From positions 1 through 64,000 of the forward strand of contig CAWENF010000027.1 in NCBI GenBank assembly GCA_963810275.1: a stretch of DNA of 64,000 nt, in the 5' to 3' direction. Shown here one piece after another: positions 22,352-33,432 of this stretch (position 1 is its first letter; each line of letters begins with the position of its first letter). The position numbers were made by a program, and so were the translations under genes. The DNA comes from an uncultured archaeon. GTDB taxonomy: Archaea > Thermoproteota > Bathyarchaeia > Bathyarchaeales > Bathycorpusculaceae. The notes under the pieces were generated by a model. The model had not been told where the DNA came from. It did not search any database and saw nothing but the letters and a program-made list of their open reading frames with translations.

Positions 22352-22476
22352 CTTTTGCAGGTCATCATGACTGCAGGTATATAGGTGGTGAGGGGTGGTT
22401 CGAGAGACAGTACGTTAACCAAAACTGTTTAATAATTAACCTTAACCCTTTAACCTCCAAACGGAAGGCACTAACC

Positions 22477-23520
22477 TTGTCTTTGAATGAAAATTTAAAG
22501 CAACTTTCAAACACATGCGGAGTCACAGGAAGAGAAAACCAAATCCGCGACATACTATCGCAAATGCTCAAATCCTACGTGGACGAAATCCGAATTGACC
22601 GTATGGAAAACCTAATTGCCGTTAAAGAAGGGAAACCTGGAGCGCCTAAAATCATGTTAGCAGCCCACATGGACGAAGTGGGGTTGATGGTTAAAACCAT
22701 AACCAAAAACGGTTTTCTGCAGTTCAGTAAGCTCGGCGGCATTGACGATCGAATTTTAGCAGCCCAAAAAGTGGTGGTGTACACCAAAGAAGGTGTCCTT
22801 AGCGGGGTGGTTGGTTCTAAGCCTCCGCATATCCAAAAAGAGGAGGAGCGCAAAAAAATCATGTCATATGATGAGCTGTTTATAGACATAGGTGCCTCAA
22901 GCAAAGAAGATGTTGCTAACTTGGGCGTCGCTGTTGGCGACCCTATAGGGTTTGACGTGAAATGCACTGAATTGTGCAACCAAAACATATTAGGAAAGGC
23001 CTTTGACAACCGTGCTGGATGCGCTGCTATGGTTGAGACTATGCGGCTTAAAAAGGAGTGTGACTGCACAATTTATGCGGTTGGCACAGTTCAGGAGGAA
23101 GTGGGGTTACGTGGCGCTGGAACCGCAGCCTATGGCATAGACCCTGATTTGGCGTTGGCATTGGACGTCACCGTGGCAGGCGATATGCCAGGCGTAAGAG
23201 AATACGACACTAGCGTGAAACTTGGAAATGGACCCGCTTTGACTGTGTATGATTCGGGCACTATTACTCATCCAAAAATCTTGCGTTGGGTACGTGACAC
23301 CGCATCAGAAGAAAACATCCCGCTGCAATTGGAGTCAGGGTTGCCCGGTGGAACTGACGCTGCGCGCATCAGCCTCACACGGCAGGGCATACCAAGCGGA
23401 ACAATATCGATTCCAACACGTTACATTCACAGTCCCGCAGGCATCTTAAACCTCAGCGATTTGGAAAACACCGCTAAACTGGCTGCGGCAGCCGTTGAAA
23501 AAGCCACCCGCTTTTTTTAG
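22477..23520 (+). CDS. M42 family (TET) aminopeptidase
   Basis: AAHMDEVG, KAFDNR, QEEVGLRGA, GGTDA, PTRYIHSP. Confidence 0.93.
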   Translation: MSLNENLKQLSNTCGVTGRENQIRDILSQMLKSYVDEIRIDRMENLIAVKEGKPGAPKIMLAAHMDEVGLMVKTITKNGFLQFSKLGGIDDRILAAQKVVVYTKEGVLSGVVGSKPPHIQKEEERKKIMSYDELFIDIGASSKEDVANLGVAVGDPIGFDVKCTELCNQNILGKAFDNRAGCAAMVETMRLKKECDCTIYAVGTVQEEVGLRGAGTAAYGIDPDLALALDVTVAGDMPGVREYDTSVKLGNGPALTVYDSGTITHPKILRWVRDTASEENIPLQLESGLPGGTDAARISLTRQGIPSGTISIPTRYIHSPAGILNLSDLENTAKLAAAAVEKATRFF

Positions 23521-23567
23521 ACGGAATTAGTTTTTATGCCGCCCTGTATTCCCAATAAAGCTCTGAA

Positions 23568-24035
23568 GTGAAAAAGATGAGTAAGCAGCAGAAACCAGAA
23601 AAGTTCGCAGGTAAATTCGAGTTTTTGGAGCACACCGCAGATGTATACGTGCGGGCATACGGAGAAAAAATGTGGGACGCATACGAGAACGCTGCTTTGG
23701 CGATGTTTGAGACCATGACTGACACAAGCAAAGTTGCGCATACCGTAGAGGAAGACTTTGAGGTGGAAGCCGAAGACCAGTATGCACTGCTGTATAACTG
23801 GCTGGAGACACTTTTGGTTAAGTCTGAAACTCAGGGCATGATGTACAGCCGGTTTATAGTTGAACACTGGCAGGAGACCCCTGAGGGCTTCAAATTTGAA
23901 GCAAAAATTTTTGGAGAAAAATTTAACCCCAAAAAGCATCCACAGAAGGTAGGCGTAAAGGCAATAACTTACCATTTGATGATGGTTATCCGCGAATCTG
24001 ACAACGTGACTTTGGAGTTTATTCTGGATATATAG
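23568..24035 (+). CDS. Archease (RtcB cofactor)
   Basis: FEFLEHTADV, VKAITYH, C-terminal LDI. Confidence 0.93.
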   Translation: MKKMSKQQKPEKFAGKFEFLEHTADVYVRAYGEKMWDAYENAALAMFETMTDTSKVAHTVEEDFEVEAEDQYALLYNWLETLLVKSETQGMMYSRFIVEHWQETPEGFKFEAKIFGEKFNPKKHPQKVGVKAITYHLMMVIRESDNVTLEFILDI

Positions 24036-24056
24036 AAAAAAAAGAAGAAAAGTTGT

Positions 24057-24722
24057 TTAGACGAGCCCTAATTTTTTGAGCTCCAGTATCATGTGGTCAA
24101 CCATCGGGCCTGGCGGCTGATCGATGGATGTGGTCACATTCACGACAAAGGGTACACCTTTTTGTTTGTAGTAAGCTACTACCGGTTCGGTTTGGGTTTT
24201 GTAGACTTGAAGGCGGTTGCGGATAACATCTTCGTTGTCATCGGCGCGTTGGTAGAGTTGGCCACCACATTTATCACAGACTCCTTCAACTTTGGGTTTT
24301 AAAAAACGTATGTTGTAGACTTCCCCGCAGTTTTTGCATATTCGACGTGATGTAAGGCGTTCCACGATGATTTGGTCGGGCACTTCAAGCATCAAGATAA
24401 CGTCGATTTTGGCAATGTTTTGTAGTTCTTCAGCCTGGGCTATTGTTCTTGGGAACCCATCGAGCAGAAAGCCTTTGCCCTCTGGGACTCTGCTGAGACG
24501 GTCTTTGAGGACTTCGACCACAACTTCGTCGGGTACAAGTGCGCCTTTTTCTACGTAGCTTCTGACTTTTCTTCCAAGTTCGCTGTCCTGTTTAACTGAT
24601 TCACGGAAGATGTCGCCCATGGCAATTACGTCTACGCCAAGCTGGTTTTGCATCCTTGTAGAGTAGGTGCCTTTACCTGCGCCTGGCGCTCCAAAGATAA
24701 TAGCGTTCAAACTCTGATTCAC
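24057..24722 (-). CDS. adk: Adenylate kinase (bacterial type, zinc LID)
   Basis: GAPGAGKGT, LDGFPRT, CKNC...CDKC, QRADD. Confidence 0.93.
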   Translation of the reverse strand: MNQSLNAIIFGAPGAGKGTYSTRMQNQLGVDVIAMGDIFRESVKQDSELGRKVRSYVEKGALVPDEVVVEVLKDRLSRVPEGKGFLLDGFPRTIAQAEELQNIAKIDVILMLEVPDQIIVERLTSRRICKNCGEVYNIRFLKPKVEGVCDKCGGQLYQRADDNEDVIRNRLQVYKTQTEPVVAYYKQKGVPFVVNVTTSIDQPPGPMVDHMILELKKLGLV

Positions 24723-25141
24723 CTGTTAGATTGTCACATGTTACGATGGAATCGATAATTAAGGTTTGTCGTGTTAGGCATGGTTAGGTTTCGTTTTTTG
24801 TTTTGTTGTGGTTGTGATATGCCTATTTTTTTGCGACATGGCTATTTTTCTTGGTCTGATAGGTTGTGCTGGATTCTATTTCCTATCACACTCTACCATA
24901 GGAACAATCGCTGTACTTGTGCTGTGTATAGGACCACCTATAATACATCATATTGAAGGGAGCATACTTTTGTTTTTATACCATAAAAAGAAAAAGACCC
25001 TTATTGTCCATCTTTTTGGCTTTTGGCAGCACAGTACGTTTTGACGTCAGAGTCTGTTTTAGTTTGCTTGCTGGTTGTAGTTTTTGCTTGGGCAGAACAA
25101 CATTTTAGTGCCTAAAAACCCAATTACCTTCTGAACCTTTC

Positions 25142-25978
25142 ATGCCGACCCCCCGATACCACATCTACATAGAATATGTCGAACCCGATAAATCCGGTTA
25201 TCGCTTCAACCTAACACGGGAAGAACTTCAACGCACCTTTGCTGAACCTTATACGCAAGGAAAAACCTTCTGGCTCCAAGGAAAACTCCTAAACCCCGCC
25301 AAAGTCCAAAAAGCACTGATTTTCTGGTCCTATAGTTCGGCAGACAAACTATTCCTGCCCAACCATGAGTATCTTTTGCTTGCCAAAGACAAAAAAGCCG
25401 TTGCAGATGCCGTGGAATGCAGCAAAGTAAAGGGCGCTTATGTTTGCACAGAAAAATACATTCCTCATACCTGTAAAGTAGCTGCAGAGACTGGGACGAT
25501 TATGCCCGTTTCTGCTCGGCGCAGGGTAATTGTCGCCTGCGGTTCCGATGAGCAAATGAAAACCTTTCTCACTGAGGCTTTGGTAAAGCTCCGCCTGACG
25601 CCCGTGGTGCTCTGCGAGGAACCAGGACACGGCAGAAAATTTGTCACCAGTTTTGGCGATTATGCTGATGTAGCGTTTGCAGTGGTAATGTTGTCGCCTG
25701 ATGACTACGTGTATTCTAAGATTGAAGAACCCACTAAGCGCAAACTCAAAGCAAGTCAGGCTGTGGTTTTTGAGTTAGGATTTTTGCTCGGCAAGCTTGG
25801 CAGGGAACGGGTGCTTGTGCTGTTTCGTGAATCTGAGAAGGGGGAATTTGATGTGAGCCTGGATTTCGAAGGCATAATAGCCACTCCGTTTGATGACCGC
25901 GACAGCTGGAAAATTGCACTCATACGCGAACTTACAAACTGCGGTTACATAATTGAGGGCGACAGAATCCTAAAATAA
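25142..25978 (+). CDS. TIR-like nucleotide-binding domain protein (CAP12/Pycsar-type TIR) with uncharacterised N-terminal domain
   Basis: FAVVMLSPDD and QAVVFELGFLLGKLGRERV match the PF10137-type TIR consensus. Confidence 0.75.
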   Translation: MPTPRYHIYIEYVEPDKSGYRFNLTREELQRTFAEPYTQGKTFWLQGKLLNPAKVQKALIFWSYSSADKLFLPNHEYLLLAKDKKAVADAVECSKVKGAYVCTEKYIPHTCKVAAETGTIMPVSARRRVIVACGSDEQMKTFLTEALVKLRLTPVVLCEEPGHGRKFVTSFGDYADVAFAVVMLSPDDYVYSKIEEPTKRKLKASQAVVFELGFLLGKLGRERVLVLFRESEKGEFDVSLDFEGIIATPFDDRDSWKIALIRELTNCGYIIEGDRILK

Positions 25979-26011
25979 GTCTTATCTGTTTTCTGATAGC
26001 ACCAGTCGTTT

Positions 26012-26114
26012 GCGGTTGTAGTCTAGCTCGGTAGGACTCCAGCTTCCCAAACTCAGGTCTCGGAAACTTTGGTGGAAAAAGCTGGCTACCCGGGTTCAAA
26101 TCCCGGCAACCGCA
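26012..26114 (+). tRNA. tRNA-Gly(CCC) with a 30-nt intron at 37/38 (26050-26079)
   Basis: Acceptor stem GCGGTTG/CAACCGC, anticodon stem CCAGC/GCTGG, T arm CCGGG-TTCAAAT-CCCGG; BHB formed by TTCC/GGAA helix with CAA and AAA bulges. Confidence 0.95.
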
Positions 26115-26394
26115 CTCCTTCTTACTTTCTCCTCTTAATGATGTTTAGGTTTGTAAGCAAGAGTAGCCAGATTCATATAGTATTTTGGATAAAACTATAC
26201 GTAACTGGTTCTTAATCGAGCCATAAAAAAGTTTTACTAAGCGGATTTAGCTTTGTGTTATCAAAGTAGTGACCCTCGTTAACACCCAAACCCGCCTAAC
26301 TTGTTGGCTATCCATAAATACTAACTGCTACTCCTTTTGACATACGCGCATGTTGGCATAACCGTATAACAACATACCGCTGCATGGGTTCTTG

Positions 26395-28185
26395 CTACTG
26401 GTTGCTCTTCTGGTCTTCTAAAATCGCGTGAAGCCCAACGCGGTAAACTCGCCAAATATCCTGTCTTGTCACGATGCCCACCAATTGCTTTTCATTGAAG
26501 CGGTGCACCACGGGGAGTCTGCCAATCTCGTTGCCCGTCAACTTCTCCATAACGTCTGAGAGGTTCTCCCCGGGGTACGTGACCACGGGGTTCTTGGTCA
26601 TAATTTCTCCAATGGTTATTTTGCCTCTGTCATCAGGGTCAACTCCTAGCACGTCGTGTATGGCAACTATGCCGACAAGTTCGTCTTGATGGTTGATAAC
26701 CGGTAACCCGTGGACTTTTTTCTGTTGCATAACTTCTGCGGCTTCAGAAACCAGCTGTTCAGGATAGATGGTGGTTACTTTTTTGCTCATTGCGTCCTGC
26801 ACGTAAATTTGCTCAAGCAAGGGCAGGGTGTATTCTTCCCGGTGTGCTGGCGAGTCGCTGCGGTTAGGCAGTTGACTCTTGTAGATGGTTCGGCGGGTTG
26901 TTACAACGTATGCTATTGCGACCGCAATCATAGAGGGCACTAGTAACGTGTATGACCCTGTCATTTCGCTTGCCATCAAAATCACTGCAACGGGCACTTT
27001 ACCGACTCCGCCAAAAAACGCCATCATACCTACAATGACAAACACTGCAATGTTGAGGTTTGCGTCGGGCAGGAAATAGTTAAGAATCGACCATAGTAGT
27101 GCGCCTACCATGCCGCCTATTACCAGCGCTGGACCGAAAACTCCTCCGCTTCCTCCGGAACCGATGGTAAGCGAGGTTGCCACGATTTTCAATCCTATGA
27201 TAATTGGTAGCATGAACAGCGGTAGATAAGTAAAGTTGCCGTCTATCAAAAGCTGTAGCCAACCATACCCGACGCCGAGCACCTGGGGGAAAAAGACGCC
27301 AATCAAGCCAACTGCTAAGCCGCCAATGGCGGGTTTAACGTAGTTGGGGATTTTTAATTTCAGAAATACATCTCTTATTCCATAGAAGCTCATTACGTAA
27401 ATGATTCCAACTAAGCCGCAAGCAACACCCAAAAGAGCAAAGAATGGCAACTGGAGAGGATCTTGAAGGAAACCAAAGTTGTAGGTGCCAAAGAGTGGCG
27501 TCCAACCATTTACTAAGCCGAAAATGCTGTAGCCTACTGTTGAGGCTATGAATCCGGGTAAGAGGGCGTCAACTTCAAAGTCAGCTATGTAGAGAATTTC
27601 AGCCGCCAAAATTGCTCCGCCAAAAGGTGCTTTGAAGATGGCTCCGATGCCTGCGCCGATGCCTACTGCTAAAGCGATGCGTCGGTCACGTTGGCTCAGC
27701 TTAAGCTGTTTGCCGATGAAGGAGCCGAAGCCTGCGCCGATTTGGGCGGTTGGGCCTTCTCTGCCTGCGCTGCCTCCTGACCCAATGGTTATGGCGGAGG
27801 CTACTAGTTTTATGATTGGGGTTCGGCTGCGGATTTCGCCTTTTTTATTATGGAACGCATCGATTGCTGCGTCGGTTCCATGTCCTTCCGCTTCAGGCGC
27901 TAACCCGAAAACGATTATGCCGCTTAACAAGCCGCCAAGCATGGTTACGATGGGTAGCAAATACGGGCTCAAGATTGCGGTTGGCATAATTGCGCCTTCG
28001 CCAAATGGCGTCGGAGGATAATAGCCCGCTACCCCTCCAAGTAGCGCTCCGCTGACGAGGCTGATGGCTGCGTCGAAAACGATTGCGCCTACCCCGCTGA
28101 CGACGCCGATGAGGATGGCTATAGGTATCCATTTTCTTAGGTATCGGAGTTCTCCTGAAAAAAGGATAGATTTACCTATGCCCAC
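26395..28185 (-). CDS. ClC chloride channel/antiporter with two CBS domains
   Basis: EGHGTD, GSAGREGP, GGVFGP, C-terminal CBS pair. Confidence 0.92.
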   Translation of the reverse strand: MGIGKSILFSGELRYLRKWIPIAILIGVVSGVGAIVFDAAISLVSGALLGGVAGYYPPTPFGEGAIMPTAILSPYLLPIVTMLGGLLSGIIVFGLAPEAEGHGTDAAIDAFHNKKGEIRSRTPIIKLVASAITIGSGGSAGREGPTAQIGAGFGSFIGKQLKLSQRDRRIALAVGIGAGIGAIFKAPFGGAILAAEILYIADFEVDALLPGFIASTVGYSIFGLVNGWTPLFGTYNFGFLQDPLQLPFFALLGVACGLVGIIYVMSFYGIRDVFLKLKIPNYVKPAIGGLAVGLIGVFFPQVLGVGYGWLQLLIDGNFTYLPLFMLPIIIGLKIVATSLTIGSGGSGGVFGPALVIGGMVGALLWSILNYFLPDANLNIAVFVIVGMMAFFGGVGKVPVAVILMASEMTGSYTLLVPSMIAVAIAYVVTTRRTIYKSQLPNRSDSPAHREEYTLPLLEQIYVQDAMSKKVTTIYPEQLVSEAAEVMQQKKVHGLPVINHQDELVGIVAIHDVLGVDPDDRGKITIGEIMTKNPVVTYPGENLSDVMEKLTGNEIGRLPVVHRFNEKQLVGIVTRQDIWRVYRVGLHAILEDQKSNQ

Positions 28186-28465
28186 TTCAACGTCAGGGTC
28201 CTGTATATAGATGAAAACCTCTGATGTGGGGCTTTCAGTGTTTGTTGTATAGCGTTGCGGCGGTTAAAATGTAGCATCGTGTTACATCGTTTTTAGGGTT
28301 TTATCGTTATTTAAATTAAAGGTTTCCCAACGTAAACCGCGTTTTATTGGGGTTTTTTGGTTGGCTGACTAGAAAAATAGCGAAAAGGGTGGAATTCAGC
28401 TGTTTAGCTGAATAATACCTGCAAGCTCTCCTTTTTACCACTAGACCGTGCAGTAGCTTTCCTCA

Positions 28466-29656
28466 TTAGCTTCTGCTTCTTTTTTTGGGTCTTTTAGCGT
28501 TAAGCAAAAACAGCACCACCAAAAACGCACAGACCAACCCCGCAGTCAAGAATACCCCTGCAAAGCTAAACGCCGAGAACACTGGGTTAAAGATTATTGG
28601 TGGCAGAAACTGTCCAAGGAACAAGAACATGGTGAGGAAAGACACCATTCTGCCCCGTGCGTAGGTGTCAGAGAGTTCGCCAACCCACAAGTTTAGCGTT
28701 GGCATAAGCATCCCTTGTCCCACTCCAAACAGAACGACGGTCAGAACAACTGGCAGTATCTGGACGAATTGTGATAAAACCACAAAACCAGCAGCCCATA
28801 AACTAAGCGCTATGATGGCAATTGTGTTGTGTGAAAACTTGGCTTTCACTTTTTTGTACATGAACGCGCTTAGGGTTGCTGCGATGCCCATTACGCTAAT
28901 GAATAGGCTTATGAAAAATGTGTTGTTCACGCCAAACCCTTGCGCCACTAACTGAGGCACAAACGTGACGTTGGTGTATAGCATAGCCATCAACCATAAC
29001 CCCAACCCATAAATTGCTAAGATGAATGGTTGGCGTTTAATCCCTTGCACAACTGATACACCTCCGGCGGGCTTGGTTTGGGAGGCAATTTTGGTTTTTT
29101 CGACATCGGGTACGAATAGTAACGCCAGTAAACCAAGTGGAATACCCATAAGGTAGATGCCAAACGGCAGATTCCATGCTAACATCCCCAATGCTCCCCC
29201 TATAAGCGGCCAAATTACCCCGCCAAGAGATGCTGAGCTAGCTTGCCAGCCCATCACCTTGTTACATTCTTCGCCTCTGTATGCGTTTAGAATAAGCACT
29301 ATGAGTGTGTTAGCGATTGCCGCTACTGCAATTCCCAGAAACACGCGGCTGATTATCATGGTGGTTATGTCAGTGATGAATAGTCCAGCGGCGCCGGCGA
29401 CGCCGTAGAGCAGTAGTCCAAACGTGAAGGGTTTTTTCGGTCCAATTTTATCGATTAGGCTTCCGAAGATGGGGCTAAAAATTGCGATGAAGAGTGCGTG
29501 GATGGTTAACACAAATCGGATGTTGTTTTCATCTGCACCAGCCAAGTTGCCCTGCATTAACGCGATAACCGGCGAAATGATTGCGCCTGCCATGACCGCT
29601 AAGGTGCCGGCTGCTAAAATTATGAATAGGGTTTTTCTGTTAATTGTTTGACTCAT
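28466..29656 (-). CDS. MFS transporter
   Basis: GSLIDKIGPK motif A, about 12 hydrophobic segments. Confidence 0.9.
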   Translation of the reverse strand: MSQTINRKTLFIILAAGTLAVMAGAIISPVIALMQGNLAGADENNIRFVLTIHALFIAIFSPIFGSLIDKIGPKKPFTFGLLLYGVAGAAGLFITDITTMIISRVFLGIAVAAIANTLIVLILNAYRGEECNKVMGWQASSASLGGVIWPLIGGALGMLAWNLPFGIYLMGIPLGLLALLFVPDVEKTKIASQTKPAGGVSVVQGIKRQPFILAIYGLGLWLMAMLYTNVTFVPQLVAQGFGVNNTFFISLFISVMGIAATLSAFMYKKVKAKFSHNTIAIIALSLWAAGFVVLSQFVQILPVVLTVVLFGVGQGMLMPTLNLWVGELSDTYARGRMVSFLTMFLFLGQFLPPIIFNPVFSAFSFAGVFLTAGLVCAFLVVLFLLNAKRPKKRSRS

Positions 29657-30098
29657 GGGTCGTGCCTTTGGCTTTTTTGTTTTGGGCTAAAATGTTTCGC
29701 TCAAGCTTCTCTAGTAGCGTTACGACTGATGCTTTTTCTTCCTCGGTTAAGCCTTCGGAAAGTATGACGTTGAGTTGCTGGAGAATGCTGTATAGTTTGT
29801 GTTCTATGCTGCGTCCTTTTTTGGTTAGGTATATTTTGTAGGCTCGGTTGTCGGTTTGGTCTTTTTTGCGGGTTACATAACCTTCTTTGACTAGTTTTGC
29901 GATTGCTCGGGCAGTGGTAGATTTGTCAACATTGGACGCTGCTGTGAGGGTTTCTTGGTTTACGCCGTCTTTGTTTAGGAGTGCTGTGAGAAAGGAGACT
30001 TGGGCTGTTCCGATTCCATAGGGTTTGAGTTCTTTGTCTATGTGGGTGCTTATGTTTTGGTAGATTATGGAGATTAGTCTGCCGAAGGATTGTATCAT
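29640..30098 (-). CDS. MarR family regulator
   Basis: NQETL...VDKSTTARAIAKLVKEGYVTR...DNRAYKIYLT; ATG at 30098. Confidence 0.9.
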   Translation of the reverse strand: MIQSFGRLISIIYQNISTHIDKELKPYGIGTAQVSFLTALLNKDGVNQETLTAASNVDKSTTARAIAKLVKEGYVTRKKDQTDNRAYKIYLTKKGRSIEHKLYSILQQLNVILSEGLTEEEKASVVTLLEKLERNILAQNKKAKGTTHESNN

Positions 30099-30118
30099 TA
30101 GGTTTTCTCCAGAATATG

Positions 30119-30167
30119 GTTGCGTATGCAACTATCTATATAGAGTAATAAAGGTTGAGTACGCAAC
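30119..30167. promoter_or_regulatory. Two near-perfect palindromes, probable MarR operators flanking the TATA region
   Basis: GTTGCGTATGCAAC (30119-30132) and GTTGAGTACGCAAC (30154-30167). Confidence 0.7.
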
Positions 30168-30281
30168 TAATTAATTGAGATGAAAAACTAACACTCAACA
30201 GTTCCGTAACCATATCTTCTCATAACCGATACCATAGCGCAGATTGTAAAACATTAAAGCAACGGTAGCTTCATTTGATAG

Positions 30282-30665
30282 GTGATTTTAATGAAATATG
30301 TAAGTCTCTACACTGACGGCAAAGGCGAAACCCACTTCAAAAACGTCGACGCCGCCTTCAAGCAAGTCAACTTCGCACCTCCCGCACCGCCCGTCGGCTT
30401 AACCGAATTCGTGAACGCCGACAAAATCGTGTTTTTCCAAATACCCTCCGGCTGGTTTGGCAATTGGCATCCCGCCCCTAAAACCCAGTTTTTCTGCTGC
30501 CTCAAAGGCGAAGTGGAGCTCACCGCAGGTGACGGTGAAGTGCGGCGGTTCAAGGCAGGTAATGTGTTCCTTTTAGAAGATACTTCTGGAAAAGGTCATA
30601 CAACTCGGGTTATTGGCGAGGCGGCGTTTGAGGCTGCGGTTGTGCAACTATCCACAGAAATCTAA
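30282..30665 (+). CDS. Cupin-domain protein
   Basis: WHPAP...LKGEVEL...LEDTSGKGH. Confidence 0.8.
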   Translation: MILMKYVSLYTDGKGETHFKNVDAAFKQVNFAPPAPPVGLTEFVNADKIVFFQIPSGWFGNWHPAPKTQFFCCLKGEVELTAGDGEVRRFKAGNVFLLEDTSGKGHTTRVIGEAAFEAAVVQLSTEI

Positions 30666-30728
30666 CCACTTCCTGGTTTGGGAATTAGTTTTTAACCCAC
30701 TATTACCAATCATTTTTGGGGGATAGTT

Positions 30729-31091
30729 GTGACAGTTTTCATCGTAAGAACTTACATAGTAAAACCCGACAAACTCCAAGAGCATCTTGATTGGGGTAAA
30801 AAACTGGTTAAACTCATGAAAAAGCAACCTGGACTTTTTGGCGAGGTGCTCTCAATGCAGGTTTTAAGCCACAAATATGGTGGATGCGTCGGCGGCTTCA
30901 CTGCTATGTGGAAATTCAAGACTTTTGCGGATTCCGAGAAATGGGTACATGGCTTCTCAGCGGTTAAAGAGGAGATAGATTTGCGCAGCGAATTCCTTTC
31001 CCTTATCGTGCTAGGTTCCTACAGCGAATGCATCTGGGAGTCTGTCTGCACAATTAATAAGAAGCCGAAAAGGTGCAAACCCAAAAAGTAA
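30729..31091 (+). CDS. Hypothetical protein, NIPSNAP-like alpha-beta barrel
   Basis: VRTYIVKPDK N-terminus; clean ORF. Confidence 0.5.
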   Translation: MTVFIVRTYIVKPDKLQEHLDWGKKLVKLMKKQPGLFGEVLSMQVLSHKYGGCVGGFTAMWKFKTFADSEKWVHGFSAVKEEIDLRSEFLSLIVLGSYSECIWESVCTINKKPKRCKPKK

Positions 31092-31111
31092 CCCTATCCC
31101 TTTATGTTGGG

Positions 31112-33422
31112 TTACGTTTGAACTACCCTGAAAACCACATAGCGGTCATTCGAGTATACCATCTGAAGGATTTTGTTGTGTATCATCTGGGGATCTAACT
31201 CGTTTTTGTCGTATACTATGAAGCCAATGCCATACTCTTTGATGTAGCTGTTAAAGTCACGGGCGGTAACATAGAACGCATCAAATTGCTTATCGAAGAG
31301 TCCCTGCAAACTTTCTGGCTGCAGACTAGGATAGCGGGATTGACTTAAAGTCAGCACCTCATATGATCTCGAAGCAGTCTCACCCACTGCTACATCTCCT
31401 AAGTCGTAAACCAACCGTATAGCGTCGATTTGGCGGTTGCCCAACGCCCCAATGTTTCCCCACACTGGCAACTCATCAAACTTAAATGCATATCCTGTCT
31501 CGTATCCCTCATCGTATAAGCCTAAGAAGTGGCTTTCTGCAAGGTCGTCGCCCGCAAAGGACACCACCGTCCAAGTGTCATCGCTGGTTTGAATCTGGCT
31601 GGGAGCATCCCACGGGTTAACCCAGTCCAGCAAGCCAGGGATTTCGGCTTTGTCAAAATGGAACTGCAAGTTAAAGTTCGTAGTCAAATACAGGGTGGTG
31701 TTAACAACTTGGCTTTTTAGCGGGGTTAATGTCCACTCTACGTTGAAGGGGTAACCGGTGTTATGGAAGGTGACTGTTTTGGTTAGGACGATTTCGTCGT
31801 TTGATAAAACTAACGTCATGTTTTTAGGTGACGTGTCCGCTTGAAAAATGATTTCTTTGTTCAGCTCGTTTAATCTGATCTCATGTTCCACGCCGTTCAC
31901 AGTGTATAATACGGAGTTGCCTGAACCAATCGAGGAACTAACTCTCGTCCAAATATCATTTAACGACACATACTCCTCGTCTAAGGTATCGCCTTTAGCT
32001 TGGTAAGCTTTGACCATCGTCTGCGAGTGCTCCAACTCATAAGACAACGTCAACACAGCCTCCGCGACTTCCATACGCTGCACCGCAAGATCAGTCTGCG
32101 CCGTCACGTTTTTGCCAGAGAACACTTGCAGCCAGAAACCCGGAACCTCTGTGCAAGTCACATTTATCTGCTCAGGATAGTTCTCTTTAAGCCAGACACC
32201 CGCATCAAGGGCTTTTAAGTCGGTGGTAGAGTAGTAAACCCCCGCCTCATTAATCTGCTCATACATCGAGTCGGCGCGCACAGCAACCACCGCAAACAAC
32301 CCTACAACAAGCGCAACTGCGATGGCTTTAACCCAAAGTTTCCTGAAAACCGCCCTGTTCTTGAGGTAATACGCCGATGCCTTATCCCAAGCAAACACCA
32401 GTGTGGCAGCCGCCAGAATCGCAATTGGCGGCGTCATGTAATAGATGAACCAGCTAAACGGCATATAGAAGCCGACGAGGTAGGATTCGGCGAAAAAGAA
32501 TGGCACAAACAAGGCCAGCGCCAGAATCAGCCAGTAAAGCACCTTCTTCTCTTTCTTAAGCACATAGAACGAGACACCGACTCCTGCCAACGCCGCAAAA
32601 AACACGAAGCCAAAGTTAGTCATAATAGCGGTAAAGCCAGAATAGGGAATCTGGTACGCATAGGTTTTCACGGCGAAAAACACGTACTCTATAACCACAT
32701 CGAGATAAGCGAAGAGTGCTTGGAAATAGTAGAGGAAAAATGCTATACCCCCGCCCAACGCTATGGCTATGACTACTTTGAGGTTTTTGCCCTTTGACTT
32801 TATGAGCATAAAGAGTAGTACAGGCGGCAAAATAAACACCGCAAGAAACGTCGCTAATTGATGTGACAGCACCAACCCAAACGCTGCCAAAAAAGCCACC
32901 ACAAGGTAGCCCATCTTATCCACAGCCAATGGCGTATACAGTAGCACTAGCAAGGTGAACCCCAACGCCAAAACCGTAGTGTAGCCGCCAAACTGGTTAG
33001 CTTCGAACACAGGAAAACACATCAACAAAACAACAGCAGCTGTGGCTCCGACTTTCTTGTTGAAGAAGCGGCTGCCTACGAGATAAACCGACATGAATAG
33101 CATCCAATCAATGACAGCTGTTAATGCTCTGAGTAGGAAGATGTATTCGCCTATGTTGGATGCGCCTGTTAAGGCGATGGCTACGGCGAGGAAAATCTGG
33201 TAAAGCGGTGGTGTCCAGCCCAGATTTGCCAGAGAAATATAATGGGTGTTTAGATAAATATTGGCTTTCTCAAGGTGCACGGCGGGGTCGTTGCCTAAAA
33301 CTACGCCGTTCATGGATATTACGCTGTAGAACCCAATTAGGATGACGACTGAGAAAACCGCTATGAAACCGACTTCAAGTTGTTTCTCTTTAGACCACTC
33401 GTTTAATACCGAGATCCCTCAC
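31112..33422 (-). CDS. GT-C-like multi-pass membrane glycosyltransferase (probable 5' frameshift; annotated ORF ends at 33313)
   Basis: GNDPAVH, WTPPLY, many TM segments, large extracytoplasmic C-terminal domain ending VYSNDRYVVFRV; the reading frame extends upstream through another TM. Confidence 0.65.
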
Positions 33423-33432
33423 CCCTTTGAGG

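Noticed and set aside
24771-25044. Short ORFs between adk and the TIR gene
   Set aside because: AT-rich, overlapping alternatives with no recognisable motif; treated as intergenic
25979-26394. Integrated element at tRNA-Gly
   Set aside because: No duplicated tRNA 3' end (att site) or integrase found in the window
28186-28465. Fluoride riboswitch or CLC-F exporter
   Set aside because: No crcB-type motif seen; the protein has GHGTD/GREGP rather than the CLC-F GNNLI/GREGT signatures
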